Source of the DNA: an uncultured Nitrospiraceae bacterium
GTDB taxonomy: Bacteria; Nitrospirota; Thermodesulfovibrionia; Thermodesulfovibrionales; UBA6898
DNA length: 64,000 bases
Direction of reading: 5' to 3'
NCBI GenBank assembly: GCA_964461065.1
Contig: CAYWRK010000012.1
Location: forward strand, 6,723-70,722
The position numbers and the translations under genes were made by a program. The notes below the pieces were generated by a model. That model was not told where the DNA came from. It ran no database searches and was given only the letters and a program-made list of their open reading frames with translations. Shown in pieces: positions 47,950 through 58,341 of the stretch (position 1 is its first letter; each line of letters opens with the position of its first letter).

Positions 47950-48119
47950 CAGAAGCAGCCTAACTCGCAGCCCTTGATCCTGATGCCGAGGTCATTGGCA
48001 GCATCACCAACATCCTTATATGGGAGCTTCAGGTCTTCTGCGATCTTTCTGGCAACGGAACAGGGCAGTTTCCCGTCAGCAGCCTTTTCCATCATTGCTT
48101 TCTTCAACTCGTCATTCAT
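47949..48119 (-). CDS. Small conserved-looking ORF (56 aa), below the ORF-track cutoff
   Basis: MNDELKKAMMEKAADGKLPCSVARKIAEDLKLPYKDVGDAANDLGIRIKGCELGCF. Its TGA overlaps the ATG of the CcsA-like gene (TGATG). Confidence 0.5.
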   Translation of the reverse strand: MNDELKKAMMEKAADGKLPCSVARKIAEDLKLPYKDVGDAANDLGIRIKGCELGCF

Positions 48120-48349
48120 CTAATTGTCCGGTTAATCTCTCACTAATAATCTTATGTCCCGCGCCTGAAAGGCTTCGGGGGAAAAGTTTAATGGCCAGAG
48201 AATCTGCAGGGAGCTTGTCTTCGGAATCATTCAGGATACTATCAGCTCCGGCTCTGAGCTCTATACGACATCAGGCTTCCAGCGTTTTTTCCCTTGCCAA
48301 CTATAAATATTACCGTATCGGGCTTTAAAAACTCAATTGCGCACGGTCT

Positions 48350-48473
48350 TCACCTAAGAGGTGAGGGAGGAGGAGAGCAACAGAACACCGCATATACGAG
48401 AATGGCCGCAGCAAGGGTCGTCTTGCCAGAGCCGCTGTGCGGGCGCCGATGCGAAAAAAATCGCGTGTTTCAT
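48350..48473 (-). pseudogene. Possible remnant of a P-loop NTPase gene
   Basis: ATG at 48473, then a T7 run (A7 on the + strand, 48454-48460). One frame over reads HSGSGKTTLAAAILVY (Walker A) and terminates after about 40 codons. Confidence 0.25.
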
Positions 48474-48524
48474 CAGATCCACTGCCTTGTACTATTTCAG
48501 CGTATGAACGACGACAGACTCGCC

Positions 48525-50792
48525 TCAGCTTGCTGAGGCAGAATCGTTATCTTCTTTATTGACCTCAGCCTTGTGGCCGCATTCCTTGTTAGTGCAGATC
48601 TGGGTCACATTGCCGGCCTTGTCCCACTTTTCTGTCAAAAAGGCTGCACCGCACTTGGGGCATGGCACAGGAACCGGCTTATACCAGGAGACAAAGGTGC
48701 AGTTGGGATAATTGCCGCATCCCCAGAACTTGCCTCTTTTTGATCTTCGCTCCACAATATCTCCGCCATCAAGCGGGCATTTCATGCCCGTGGAGACCGG
48801 CTTTGTTGTCTTGCATTCAGGATATTTTGAGCAGGCTATGAATTTCCCGAACCTGCCTGACCTAATGACCATAGGTGATTCGCACTTCGGGCATTTTTCG
48901 TCAGTTGTTTCAGGCTCCCCGGCAGCCTGGCCTTCACCTTCAAGCGGCTTGGTTGTCTTGCATTCGGGAAATCCTGTGCAGGCGTAGAATCTTCCATGTC
49001 TTCCCCAGCGGATCACCATGGGCTTGCCGCAGTTCTCGCAGGTCTGCTCAGTCGCAATGTCCTCGGGCTTCACCTTGCCCTTAACCGCTGCAGCCTCGTT
49101 CAATTTTGCATGAAAGGGCTTGTAAAAGTCCTTGACGATCTTTGCCCACTTCTTTTTGCCGTCCTCAATATGGTCAAGGTTCTCTTCCATGTTGGCGGTA
49201 AAACTGATATCCATCAGTTCACTGAACCGTTCAACGAGAAAGTCGTTCACGACTGTGCCGAGCTCAGTGGGAGAGAACTTGCCCTCTGCCTTCTGCACAT
49301 ATTTTCTGTCCTGTATGGTCGAAAGAATAGCAGCATAGGTGCTCGGCCGGCCAATACCTTTTTCCTCAAGTGTCTTGACAAGCGTTGCCTCGGTATACCG
49401 TGGTGGCGGTTGGGTAAAATGCTGCTTCGGCTGAAGTTCAAGAAGTGCGAGTGCTTCGCCCTGATTGAGCAGAGGAAGGAGTGCTTCGCCTTCATCCATT
49501 ACTTCATCCGTACCTTCTGTGTACAGCGCCATGAACCCCTGGAATTTTACAACACTGCCTGAGGCCCTGAGCACAGGCTCACCCTTGCACGGTTCAGCAG
49601 CGCAGGAGATCTCAAAGGTCGTCTGTTCAAGTTCTGCAGGAGACATCTGGCTGGCAATGAAACGGTTCCATATGAGCTTGTACAACGCAAGCTGGTCTTT
49701 GGACAGGTACTGCTTTATTGCTTCAGGAACATTGGTCAGATAGGTTGGCCGAACCGCCTCATGGGCATCCTGGGCAGATGCCTTGCTCTTGTAAAAAGGC
49801 GGTTTTTCCGGAACAAAATCCTTGCCATAGGTCGCTGAGATATATTCTCTGGCTGCCTGTTGAGCCTCAGCAGAGACCCTGAGGGAATCTGTCCTCATAT
49901 AAGTAATGAGTCCTACTTCCCCTTCTTCCCCAATTTCAATGCCTTCATAAAGCTGCTGGGCCATCATCATGGTCTTCTTGGCAGTGAAGCGAAGTTTCCG
50001 TGAGGCCTCCTGCTGGAGTGTGCTTGTTATAAAAGGCGGGGCCGGGTTCCTCTTCTTTTTCTTCTTGTCTATCTTTGAGAGAACAAACCTGCTGTTCCTG
50101 ATATCACTGGCAGCAGCCTCGGCCTGTTCTGCATTTCTGATCTCTACTTTCTCTCCGCAATATTTTACGAGCTTTGACCAGAATGTCGGTTTATTCGAGC
50201 CTTCGAACTCTGCGTTTATAGACCAGTATTCTTCCTGCTTGAAGGCCTCAATCTCACGCTCCCGGTCAACGATCAGCCTGACCGCTACAGACTGGACTCT
50301 GCCCGCACTTAAACCTCTCCGCACTTTTCTCCAGAGCAGAGGACTGAGTTCATATCCGACAAGCCTGTCGAGGATCCGGCGTGCCTGCTGAGCATCAACT
50401 TTCTGAAGATTGATCTCGGTCGGGTGATTCATCGCCTCGCGGACTGCAGTCTTGGTTATTTCATTAAAGGTGACACGAAAAACTTTCTTTGCCTTGCCCT
50501 TGATCTCCTCAGCAATATGCCAGGCGATCGCCTCACCTTCGCGGTCAGGGTCAGGCGCAAGATATACGGTATCAGCCTCTTTGGCAGCCTTCTTCAGGTC
50601 CTTGATCACCGTCTCCTTGCCCGGAATGATGATATACTTGGGAGCAAAGCCGTTCTCTATGTCAATGCCCATCTCCTTGGCAGGAAGGTCTCTGACGTGG
50701 CCGACTGAGGCCTTGACCGTAAAATCTTTGCCAAGGATCTTGCTGATCGTCTTGGCCTTTGCCGGCGACTCTACTATAACAAGCGATTTCAT
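48525..50792 (-). CDS. topA: DNA topoisomerase I
   Basis: Toprim VESPAKAKTI, active-site Tyr context TYMRTDS and several C-terminal C4 zinc ribbons (CENCGKP..., CPKCESP..., CPKCGAA). Confidence 0.97.
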   Translation of the reverse strand: MKSLVIVESPAKAKTISKILGKDFTVKASVGHVRDLPAKEMGIDIENGFAPKYIIIPGKETVIKDLKKAAKEADTVYLAPDPDREGEAIAWHIAEEIKGKAKKVFRVTFNEITKTAVREAMNHPTEINLQKVDAQQARRILDRLVGYELSPLLWRKVRRGLSAGRVQSVAVRLIVDREREIEAFKQEEYWSINAEFEGSNKPTFWSKLVKYCGEKVEIRNAEQAEAAASDIRNSRFVLSKIDKKKKKRNPAPPFITSTLQQEASRKLRFTAKKTMMMAQQLYEGIEIGEEGEVGLITYMRTDSLRVSAEAQQAAREYISATYGKDFVPEKPPFYKSKASAQDAHEAVRPTYLTNVPEAIKQYLSKDQLALYKLIWNRFIASQMSPAELEQTTFEISCAAEPCKGEPVLRASGSVVKFQGFMALYTEGTDEVMDEGEALLPLLNQGEALALLELQPKQHFTQPPPRYTEATLVKTLEEKGIGRPSTYAAILSTIQDRKYVQKAEGKFSPTELGTVVNDFLVERFSELMDISFTANMEENLDHIEDGKKKWAKIVKDFYKPFHAKLNEAAAVKGKVKPEDIATEQTCENCGKPMVIRWGRHGRFYACTGFPECKTTKPLEGEGQAAGEPETTDEKCPKCESPMVIRSGRFGKFIACSKYPECKTTKPVSTGMKCPLDGGDIVERRSKRGKFWGCGNYPNCTFVSWYKPVPVPCPKCGAAFLTEKWDKAGNVTQICTNKECGHKAEVNKEDNDSASAS

Positions 50793-50823
50793 TTATTCCT
50801 CCAGATACATTCAGACAAACTTA

Positions 50824-51144
50824 TCAACTCCACAGGATCCTTCTGCCGTTGCCGAAGATAAAGGAGAATATGTCCTCTTTCTCGTAGGAACTGTCCCGTA
50901 TCAATATATAAACAAGAAGTGCTTTCAAAATGTCAAGCTCAACCTCGTCAACCTGCTCCGTGGCTTCAAGTTCATCGAGCTCTTCCCATATCTCGGCAAG
51001 GTCCTCTTCTTCATAGTCAACAGACTCGAGAAGCTTCTCTGAATCGATCTCGATATCGTCCCTGTCCGTGGATATCATGCGCAGTATCCTCAGCAGCTTC
51101 TGGGTCAGCGTTTCTGTTTCATGCAAGATAGAACCTCTTTCCAT
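50824..51144 (-). CDS. Small acidic protein, possibly Smg/DUF494-like
   Basis: 106 aa, highly acidic. It lies between dprA and topA, the position smg occupies next to smf in E. coli. Sequence resemblance is weak. Confidence 0.4.
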   Translation of the reverse strand: MERGSILHETETLTQKLLRILRMISTDRDDIEIDSEKLLESVDYEEEDLAEIWEELDELEATEQVDEVELDILKALLVYILIRDSSYEKEDIFSFIFGNGRRILWS

Positions 51145-52204
51145 CTGACTGTCTTACAACCCCCTTTAACTCCAGGGAAAGGAGTATATCAAGAATCCTG
51201 TGAACTGGCAACCTGCTTTCCCTGGATATGACGTCAATATGCTGCGGTTCGCACGTCAAACAAGCACAGAGACCCTTTTCCTCAGCAGAGAGTTCAACCG
51301 CTTGCCTTGTCCCGCTCCTGATGAAGCCCTTAAGCACGGGAGCCAGTTCCTCAATAATATCATCCGCCCGGGTCACCATCCGGGCGCCCTGCTTTATCAG
51401 CACGTTCGTGCCGGCAGAGGTGGCTGACGTGATATTGCCGGGTACAGCAAAAACTTCCCTGTTCTGTTCAAGTGCGATGGATGCCGTGATGAGCGAACCG
51501 CTGCCCTCTGCTGCCTCGATCACCAGCACGCCCATCGAAAGACCGCTTATGAGCCTGTTCCGCCGCGGGAAATTCTCCCTGTTCGGCGCTGTTCCAAGGG
51601 GGAACTCGGTCATGACACAGCCAGATGCCGCAATCTTTTCCATGAGCCCCTTGTTCTCTGGCGGATAGAAGACATCAAGCCCTGAGCCTAACACGGCAAT
51701 AGTTCTGCCCCCCGCGGCCAGAGAGCTCCGGTGAGCAAACGTGTCAATGCCCCGTGCCATGCCGCTGATGACCGTGAACCCTGCAGAGGCAAGTTCTCCG
51801 GAGATCTTATGCGTTACTGCCTCGCCATACGGGGAATACTTTCTGGAGCCAACCACGCCAATGCCATACCTGTCTTCAGCCTGATACGTTCCTTTTACGT
51901 AAAGAACAATAGGCGCATCGGGTATCTCTTTCAGCGCTGCAGGATATGCCTGATCACCATAACAGACAGCAGAGAGCCCTCTTTTCTCCAGACCTCTCAC
52001 CTGCTCTTCCACTTCGTCCCAAAGCGAAAATGTTCTGATACTCTCTGCCCGGGCTTTGGCCATGCCATGCATTGAAAGAAGGTCATGCATATCCATTCTG
52101 AAGATATGCTCAGGATCCCCTGCATGCGCGATAAGCTGCCTTGCTGTTATCGGTCCGATGTCTGGAACGAGAGAAAGGCCGATCCAGTATCTGATGTCAG
52201 ACAC
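51119..52204 (-). CDS. dprA: DNA processing protein DprA (Smf)
   Basis: Rossmann-like core with GMARGIDTFAHR and a C-terminal winged-helix-like domain. Confidence 0.92.
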   Translation of the reverse strand: MSDIRYWIGLSLVPDIGPITARQLIAHAGDPEHIFRMDMHDLLSMHGMAKARAESIRTFSLWDEVEEQVRGLEKRGLSAVCYGDQAYPAALKEIPDAPIVLYVKGTYQAEDRYGIGVVGSRKYSPYGEAVTHKISGELASAGFTVISGMARGIDTFAHRSSLAAGGRTIAVLGSGLDVFYPPENKGLMEKIAASGCVMTEFPLGTAPNRENFPRRNRLISGLSMGVLVIEAAEGSGSLITASIALEQNREVFAVPGNITSATSAGTNVLIKQGARMVTRADDIIEELAPVLKGFIRSGTRQAVELSAEEKGLCACLTCEPQHIDVISRESRLPVHRILDILLSLELKGVVRQSDGKRFYLA

Positions 52205-53400
52205 TACCTGGACCTGAGTGACCTGTTCGCCTTAAGTCTCAATGCATTGAGTTTAATGAACCCTTCAGCATCCTTCTGGTTATACACATCCTCAGCCTCA
52301 AAGGTCGCAAGCTTCACATTATATAATGACTTCGGTGCCTTCCTGCCTGCAACAACGCAGTTGCCTTTGTAGAGTTTGATCCGGGCAGTGCCGGTGACAA
52401 CCTTCTGGGCCTCGTCGATCATGCCCTGAAGTGCCATCCGTTCAGGTGCAAACCAGTATCCGTAGTACACCATCTCCGCATACTTTGGCATGAGAGAATC
52501 AAGGAGATGAGTGACCTCACGGTCGAGGGTGATTGACTGCACAGCCCTGCGCGCTGCATGGAGAATGGTTCCTCCGGGGGTCTCGTAAACACCCCGCGAC
52601 TTGATCCCGACATACCTGTTCTCGACAATATCGACTCTGCCGACGCCATGCCTGCCACCGATCTCGTTCAGTTTTTCGAGGAGTTTGGCAGGCGAAAGTC
52701 TTTTGTTATTCACGCTCACCGGGTCTCCCTGCTCGAAGCCGATCTCAACATACTCCGGCTTTGCAGGAGCCTCTTCGATCGGTACGGCCAGAGTGTACAT
52801 ATCCCGGGTAGACTCAAGCCACGGGTCCTCAAGAACCCCGCCCTCATAGCTTATATGAAGGATATTCCTGTCCGTGCTGTATGGCTTGGCTTTTGTGGCT
52901 GTGACCGGTATCTTGTGCTTGCCCGCATAATCGATAAGAGATTCCCGCGAGTTGAATGACCATTCCCTCCAGGGAGCGATCACCTTGATATCCGGCTTAA
53001 GCGCGTAGTAGGTAAGCTCAAATCGTATCTGGTCATTGCCTTTGCCTGTTGAGCCATGAGCAACGGCATCAGCTTTTTCCTTTATCGCTATCTCTATCTG
53101 TTTTTTTGCGATCAGCGGACGCGCAATGGATGTGCCGAGCAGATAGAACCCTTCATACACGGCATTGCCGCGAAGCATCGGGAAGATATAGTCCTTGACG
53201 AACTCTTCGCGCAGATCCTCTACATAGACCTTGGAAGCGCCTGTCCTGAGCGCCTTCTGCTTTACGGTCTTCAGCTCTTCCTTCTGGCCAAGGTCAGCGC
53301 AGAACGCTATGACCTCTGCGTTATAGGTCTCTTTCAGCCATGCTATGGCAACCGAAGTGTCCAGGCCTCCGGAATATGCAAGCACGATCTTCTTAACCAT
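52204..53400 (-). CDS. argG: Argininosuccinate synthase
   Basis: [12 protein letters not shown]-binding motif and [13 protein letters not shown]. Confidence 0.97.
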   Translation of the reverse strand: MVKKIVLAYSGGLDTSVAIAWLKETYNAEVIAFCADLGQKEELKTVKQKALRTGASKVYVEDLREEFVKDYIFPMLRGNAVYEGFYLLGTSIARPLIAKKQIEIAIKEKADAVAHGSTGKGNDQIRFELTYYALKPDIKVIAPWREWSFNSRESLIDYAGKHKIPVTATKAKPYSTDRNILHISYEGGVLEDPWLESTRDMYTLAVPIEEAPAKPEYVEIGFEQGDPVSVNNKRLSPAKLLEKLNEIGGRHGVGRVDIVENRYVGIKSRGVYETPGGTILHAARRAVQSITLDREVTHLLDSLMPKYAEMVYYGYWFAPERMALQGMIDEAQKVVTGTARIKLYKGNCVVAGRKAPKSLYNVKLATFEAEDVYNQKDAEGFIKLNALRLKANRSLRSR

Positions 53401-53597
53401 GGTATGCCTCCGTGATATTAGGGAATTAATGGTAATGAAACTGCAGGGTCAAATTGACCTTATCTAAGAGGATTAAACATAGCATAACAACTGAATATTT
53501 GCAAAATATGGGCTCGAAACAGGGGCATTCCGGGAAGCAGACTCAACCGCCCTTCTTCCAATTGCAACTTAATCTCAATTTCAGTTATACTTCTGCT

Positions 53598-54029
53598 ATG
53601 GAAAGCAGAACCTTTCAGGACTTCCTTGTTGGCCGCGGACTGAAACTGACCAAGGAGCGCATGGCAGTGGTTGGCGAGATCTTTTCCACGCACGGCCATT
53701 TTGAACCTGAGCACCTCTACTTTAAGATCAGGGGGGGAGGCATCAAGGCCTCGCGCGCGTCAGTTTACAGGACTCTGAACCTGCTTGTCGAAAGCGGGCT
53801 GGTGGAGCGTATTTCGCGTACCGACAAGGGCAATGTCTATGAACTCACCTTCGGCCACAAGCACCATGACCATATGGTCTGCACTGATTGCGGCGAAGTT
53901 ATCGAGTTCTATTCCGAAAACCTGGAAGCTATCCAGAACGATATATGCACAAAATACAGTTTCGAAGGAACGAGCCACACTCTCGAGATACGGGGCCAGT
54001 GTAAAACATGCAGAAAAAGAAAAAAATAA
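53598..54029 (+). CDS. fur: Fur-family metalloregulator
   Basis: RASVYRTLNLL HTH, HHDH and CTDCG...C..C metal sites. The start is taken at M49 of the track ORF. The end overlaps feoB by 22 nt. Confidence 0.85.
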   Translation: MESRTFQDFLVGRGLKLTKERMAVVGEIFSTHGHFEPEHLYFKIRGGGIKASRASVYRTLNLLVESGLVERISRTDKGNVYELTFGHKHHDHMVCTDCGEVIEFYSENLEAIQNDICTKYSFEGTSHTLEIRGQCKTCRKRKK

Positions 54030-55972
54030 GAGACGACAGGCACTCATACAGCAGGATCATTCTGGTCGGAAACCCGAATGTCGGCAAAAGCGTCATCTTC
54101 GGACTACTGACCGGCAAATACGTCACGGTATCGAACTATCCCGGCACCACGGTCGAGGTTACATCAGGCAACCTGACGCTCAATGACGAAAAGTTCCTCC
54201 TTATTGACTCTCCCGGCGTCAACAGCTTCACGCCAATGAGCGAAGACGAGCGGGTAACGCGGGACATTCTCCTTGCTGAACGCTCCAATAATGTGGTGCT
54301 TGTTGCTGACTCAAAGAACCTTAAGCGCACGCTCATGCTTCTCATCCAGCTTGCTGAAATGGCTTTGCCCTGCATCCTTGTTTTGAACATGGAAGATGAG
54401 GCAAAGGCACGCGGCATTGACATAGACTACCGCAGGCTGGAAGAGATACTGGGCGTCAAGGTCATCGGCACGGTCGCTCCGCAGCGCAAAGGTATTGGCA
54501 AGCTCAGGGAATCACTGCTCATGCCGCAGAATTCCATAATCTCCACAGACTATGGCCGGATCATCGAGAAATATATTGAGGCTATTTCATTGCTGCTGCC
54601 TGAAGCGCATATCTCGCGGCGTGCTCTCAGTCTTATGATCCTGGCCGGAGATGAAAGCCTGAAAACCTGGTGCATTGCTCACCTCGATCCTGAAACCATC
54701 GACAAGGTCGAGGATTTGAGATACAAGGCAGAGACAGAGGCAAAAGAACCGCTCTCTTCCATGATCTCCCGTGCACGCATCGAGGCTGCAGAGAAGGTAG
54801 TGCTTGAAGTCCAGACCCGGTATGAACCTGAATCCGGACATATTGCCCGGTGGTTGGGTAAATGGACCATGCATCCTTTTGTTGGCTTATTCTTTGTCTT
54901 GTTCGTGCTCTTCTGCTTTTATGAATTTGTCGGCAAGTTTGGGGCCGGTACACTGGTGGACTTTTTTCAGAGCGTGATCTTTCAGGAATATCTGAACCCT
55001 GCGATCGAAAAGACCGTCAAAACGCTGATACCATCGCCCTTTATACAAGACTTTTTTGTGGGCCAGTATGGTCTCTTCACCATGGCCCTCACCTATGCAG
55101 TGGCCATCATCCTGCCGATCACCGCTACCTTCTTTATTGCCTTTGGCTTTCTCGAAGACAGCGGGTATCTGCCGCGGATTGCTGTTCTTACAAACGGCGC
55201 CTTTTCAAAAATAGGCCTTAACGGCAAGGCGGTTCTGCCGATGGTTCTGGGGCTCGGCTGCGGCACCATGGCTACCATGACCACGCGCATACTCGAAACT
55301 AAGCGTGAACGGCTCATAGCGACCTTCCTTATTGCATTGGCCATCCCCTGCTCTGCGCAGCTGGGCGTGATCCTCGGCATGCTTGGTCCCTATTCCATTA
55401 AGGTTCCTCTCTGGTGGATAGGCACGCTGCTTGTTGTAATCCTCCTTGCAGGAACCATAACGTCCAGGGTGCTGCCCGGAAACAAGGCGGATTTCTTTCT
55501 TGAAATACCTCCCATGCGGATGCCCCGCATGGGGAATATTTTCATGAAGACCATCGGCAGGATAGAATGGTACCTGAAAGAGGCAGTGCCTCTTTTTATC
55601 CTGGGAACTCTCATCCTTTTCGTGCTCGACAAGACGCATATGCTGAAATGGATAGAGGAAGCAGCTTCGCCTCTTGTGGTCAGATTTCTCGGTCTTCCCC
55701 AGGAAGCGACTGCTGTATTCATCCTGGGATTTCTGAGAAGGGATTATGGAGCAGCAGGCCTCTTCGAGCTTTCAAAACAGGGCCTGATGAACGAACATCA
55801 GGTGATCGTGAGCATCATAACCCTGTCACTCTTCGTACCCTGCCTTGCAAGTTTCTTTATGATCATCAAGGAGCGCGGCATGAAAACATCGCTGCTGATG
55901 TTTTCGCTCATCACGGTCTTTGCCCTGCTCGTCGGCGGCGGAATAAATCTGATATTGTCCCTTCTGTCCTGA
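54008..55972 (+). CDS. feoB: Ferrous iron transporter FeoB
   Basis: N-terminal G-domain (GNPNVGKS, DSPG) followed by a polytopic gate domain. Confidence 0.95.
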   Translation: MQKKKKIRDDRHSYSRIILVGNPNVGKSVIFGLLTGKYVTVSNYPGTTVEVTSGNLTLNDEKFLLIDSPGVNSFTPMSEDERVTRDILLAERSNNVVLVADSKNLKRTLMLLIQLAEMALPCILVLNMEDEAKARGIDIDYRRLEEILGVKVIGTVAPQRKGIGKLRESLLMPQNSIISTDYGRIIEKYIEAISLLLPEAHISRRALSLMILAGDESLKTWCIAHLDPETIDKVEDLRYKAETEAKEPLSSMISRARIEAAEKVVLEVQTRYEPESGHIARWLGKWTMHPFVGLFFVLFVLFCFYEFVGKFGAGTLVDFFQSVIFQEYLNPAIEKTVKTLIPSPFIQDFFVGQYGLFTMALTYAVAIILPITATFFIAFGFLEDSGYLPRIAVLTNGAFSKIGLNGKAVLPMVLGLGCGTMATMTTRILETKRERLIATFLIALAIPCSAQLGVILGMLGPYSIKVPLWWIGTLLVVILLAGTITSRVLPGNKADFFLEIPPMRMPRMGNIFMKTIGRIEWYLKEAVPLFILGTLILFVLDKTHMLKWIEEAASPLVVRFLGLPQEATAVFILGFLRRDYGAAGLFELSKQGLMNEHQVIVSIITLSLFVPCLASFFMIIKERGMKTSLLMFSLITVFALLVGGGINLILSLLS

Positions 55973-56030
55973 TCCCTCTTTTGTCGGTCCTTTACAGTCG
56001 TTTCATCAGGCGGGTATAATTTACGCTACC

Positions 56031-58331
56031 GTGAAACCAAAGCTCATTATTATTTTTATCCTGTCTTCCATTCTTATCGGCGGTATTGCAGGTGGCTATG
56101 CCGCAATAGCCAAGGGCATTCCCTCCATCGACGAACTCAAGAATTATCAGGCTGGCGGCGGCACGAAGATCTATGCTGATGACGATGTCATGATCGGTGA
56201 ACTCAAGGCAGAAAAAGGCATCTTTCTTTCAATCAATAACATCCCCAAACAGATGACCAATGCAATAATTGCGGTTGAAGACTCACGCTTTCTCAAGCAC
56301 AAGGGCATAGATTATATTGCTATTGTGCGGGCGATTGTGAAGGACATCATTCATGTAAGCCTGAAGGAGGGAGGAAGTACCATCACCCAGCAACTTGCCA
56401 AGGTTGTATTTCTGTCTTCCGAAAAGACAGCAAAGCGCAAACTTCTCGAAGCGGCACTGGCATTCAAGATAGAAAAAAGTCTGAGCAAGCAGGAGATCCT
56501 TGAACTGTATCTTAATAAGGTATATTTTGGGCACGGGGCGTATGGCGTGGAGATGGCTGCGCGCACGTATTTTGGAAAGTCTGCACGGCAGCTTACCCTC
56601 TCAGAAGCGGCCATGCTTGCAGGCCTGGTGAAGGCTCCTACCACGTATTCCCCCTTTAATGATCTTACGCGGGCCAAAGAACGGCAAAACATTGTTCTGA
56701 GCAGGATGGAAGACGAAGGGTATATCACTAAACAGGAACGGGAAAGCGCTTTCAATCAGCCTCTGTATCTCTCGAGCCTGAAAAAAGGCATTGAGGCAAA
56801 CAGCTATTTTGTTGAATATATCAGAAAGTATCTTGAAGAGAAATATGGGGAAGCTGCTGTATACAAAACAGGACTCAAGGCCTATACCACGCTGAACAGG
56901 GCCATGCAGCTTTCTGCTGTCAATGCCATGCAGAACGGCTTGAGGGAAGTTGACAAGCGCAGAGGATGGCGTGGCGCGATCGAAACGAAGAAGGGTATTG
57001 ATATAGAGAAGGAGCTTAAAACCCGCGATATGGGAACAACGGTTATGAACAACCCCGGCGATATCTACACCGGCCTTGTGCTGAAAGTCGGTGCTCAGGA
57101 GGCAACGATAAAAACCCGGGGACTGTTAGGCAAACTCTCGATCAAGGACGCGCTCTGGGCATCGAGAACACTCAGTAAGTCAGGCAGTGTCAAGGTCTTG
57201 AAGGACTTTGGCCTCAATCAGATTCTCAATCCTGGCGATGTTGTCAGGGTCAGCATTAAGAGCATACAGAAAGGCAGTGTCCTGCTTGCGCTTGAGCAGG
57301 AACCGGAAGTTGAAGGTGCGCTCGCTGCGGTTGAACCGTATACCGGTTTTATCAGGGCAATGGTTGGCGGGTATGATTTTTCCAGGAGTGACTTTAATCG
57401 TGCGGTTATGGCAAAACGCCAGCCTGGGTCATCTTTCAAACCGATCATTTATGCTGCTGCAATGGACCATGGATTCACGCCGGCAAGCCTTGTGGTGGAC
57501 GAGCCGGTCACCTATTCAGGCGGCCCGAAAGGTGAGTGGACCCCTGAGAACTATGATCACAAGTATTACGGTCCTACGCGCCTGAGAGAAGCGCTGACTT
57601 TTTCGCGAAATGTTGTGACGGTCCGGCTTGTGGATACCATGGGAATTGACGCACTTATGAACTTTACAAGGACCATCGGGGTTACCGCAGAGATGCCGAG
57701 AAACCTGAGCATTGCGCTTGGTTCATTCAGTATCACGCCTCTTGAGATGGCAATGGCTTACAATGTTTTTGCGAGCAATGGCATGAGGTCAAAACCACTT
57801 GCTCTAAAGTATCTGACTGACAGCAAGGGCAGAATTCTCGAGACAAATGAACCTGAACCTGAGCAGGCGATCAGTCCTCAGACAGCATTTCTCATCACCT
57901 CCATGATGGAGGATGTAGTAAAATACGGCACAGGCTGGCGGGCCAAGGCTTTGGGAAGACCGGTTGCAGCAAAGACCGGGACAACAAACGATTACAAAGA
58001 TGCATGGTTCGTCGGGTACGCGTCAAACCTTGTAACATCAGTATGGGTTGGATTTGATAATGCAAAAACCCTGGGGGCGCAGGAGACCGGCGGAAAGGCT
58101 GCTGCACCGATCTGGACCATGTTCATGAGCAGCGCAGTTAAAGGAGAATCTGAAGGATTTCAGCAGCCTGAAGGCATTGTTAGCCTCTTTATAGACCCCA
58201 AGACCGGGCTTCTTTCCCGAGACGAATCGGGTCTAAAAGAATACTTCAGGGAAGGAACGCAGCCAAAGCAGTATTCACCATCCAGATCCATCTGGGAAAT
58301 AAAAGATCCGACCCAATTCAATTTTGATTAA
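56031..58331 (+). CDS. Bifunctional class A penicillin-binding protein (PBP1A type)
   Basis: Glycosyltransferase motifs EDSRF and GGSTITQQL. Transpeptidase motifs SSFKP, SRN and KTGTT. GTG start. Confidence 0.95.
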   Translation: MKPKLIIIFILSSILIGGIAGGYAAIAKGIPSIDELKNYQAGGGTKIYADDDVMIGELKAEKGIFLSINNIPKQMTNAIIAVEDSRFLKHKGIDYIAIVRAIVKDIIHVSLKEGGSTITQQLAKVVFLSSEKTAKRKLLEAALAFKIEKSLSKQEILELYLNKVYFGHGAYGVEMAARTYFGKSARQLTLSEAAMLAGLVKAPTTYSPFNDLTRAKERQNIVLSRMEDEGYITKQERESAFNQPLYLSSLKKGIEANSYFVEYIRKYLEEKYGEAAVYKTGLKAYTTLNRAMQLSAVNAMQNGLREVDKRRGWRGAIETKKGIDIEKELKTRDMGTTVMNNPGDIYTGLVLKVGAQEATIKTRGLLGKLSIKDALWASRTLSKSGSVKVLKDFGLNQILNPGDVVRVSIKSIQKGSVLLALEQEPEVEGALAAVEPYTGFIRAMVGGYDFSRSDFNRAVMAKRQPGSSFKPIIYAAAMDHGFTPASLVVDEPVTYSGGPKGEWTPENYDHKYYGPTRLREALTFSRNVVTVRLVDTMGIDALMNFTRTIGVTAEMPRNLSIALGSFSITPLEMAMAYNVFASNGMRSKPLALKYLTDSKGRILETNEPEPEQAISPQTAFLITSMMEDVVKYGTGWRAKALGRPVAAKTGTTNDYKDAWFVGYASNLVTSVWVGFDNAKTLGAQETGGKAAAPIWTMFMSSAVKGESEGFQQPEGIVSLFIDPKTGLLSRDESGLKEYFREGTQPKQYSPSRSIWEIKDPTQFNFD

Positions 58332-58341
58332 GGAAGAAACC

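Noticed and set aside
53401-53597. Search for a Fur box in the argG/fur divergent region
   Set aside because: Only weak AT-rich similarity was found (AATTAATGGTAATGAAA). There is no convincing 7-1-7 or 19-bp palindrome.
53454-53597. N-terminal extensions implied by ORF-track starts: Fur 53454, aminotransferase 16200, Crp 21943, pilus small ORF 33406, DsbC 29012 and 29988, FimT-like 39832, PilV-like 40484, TPR 58324
   Set aside because: The extensions lack homology-like sequence and overlap upstream genes or promoters. Internal ATGs with SD sequences or signal peptides fit better.
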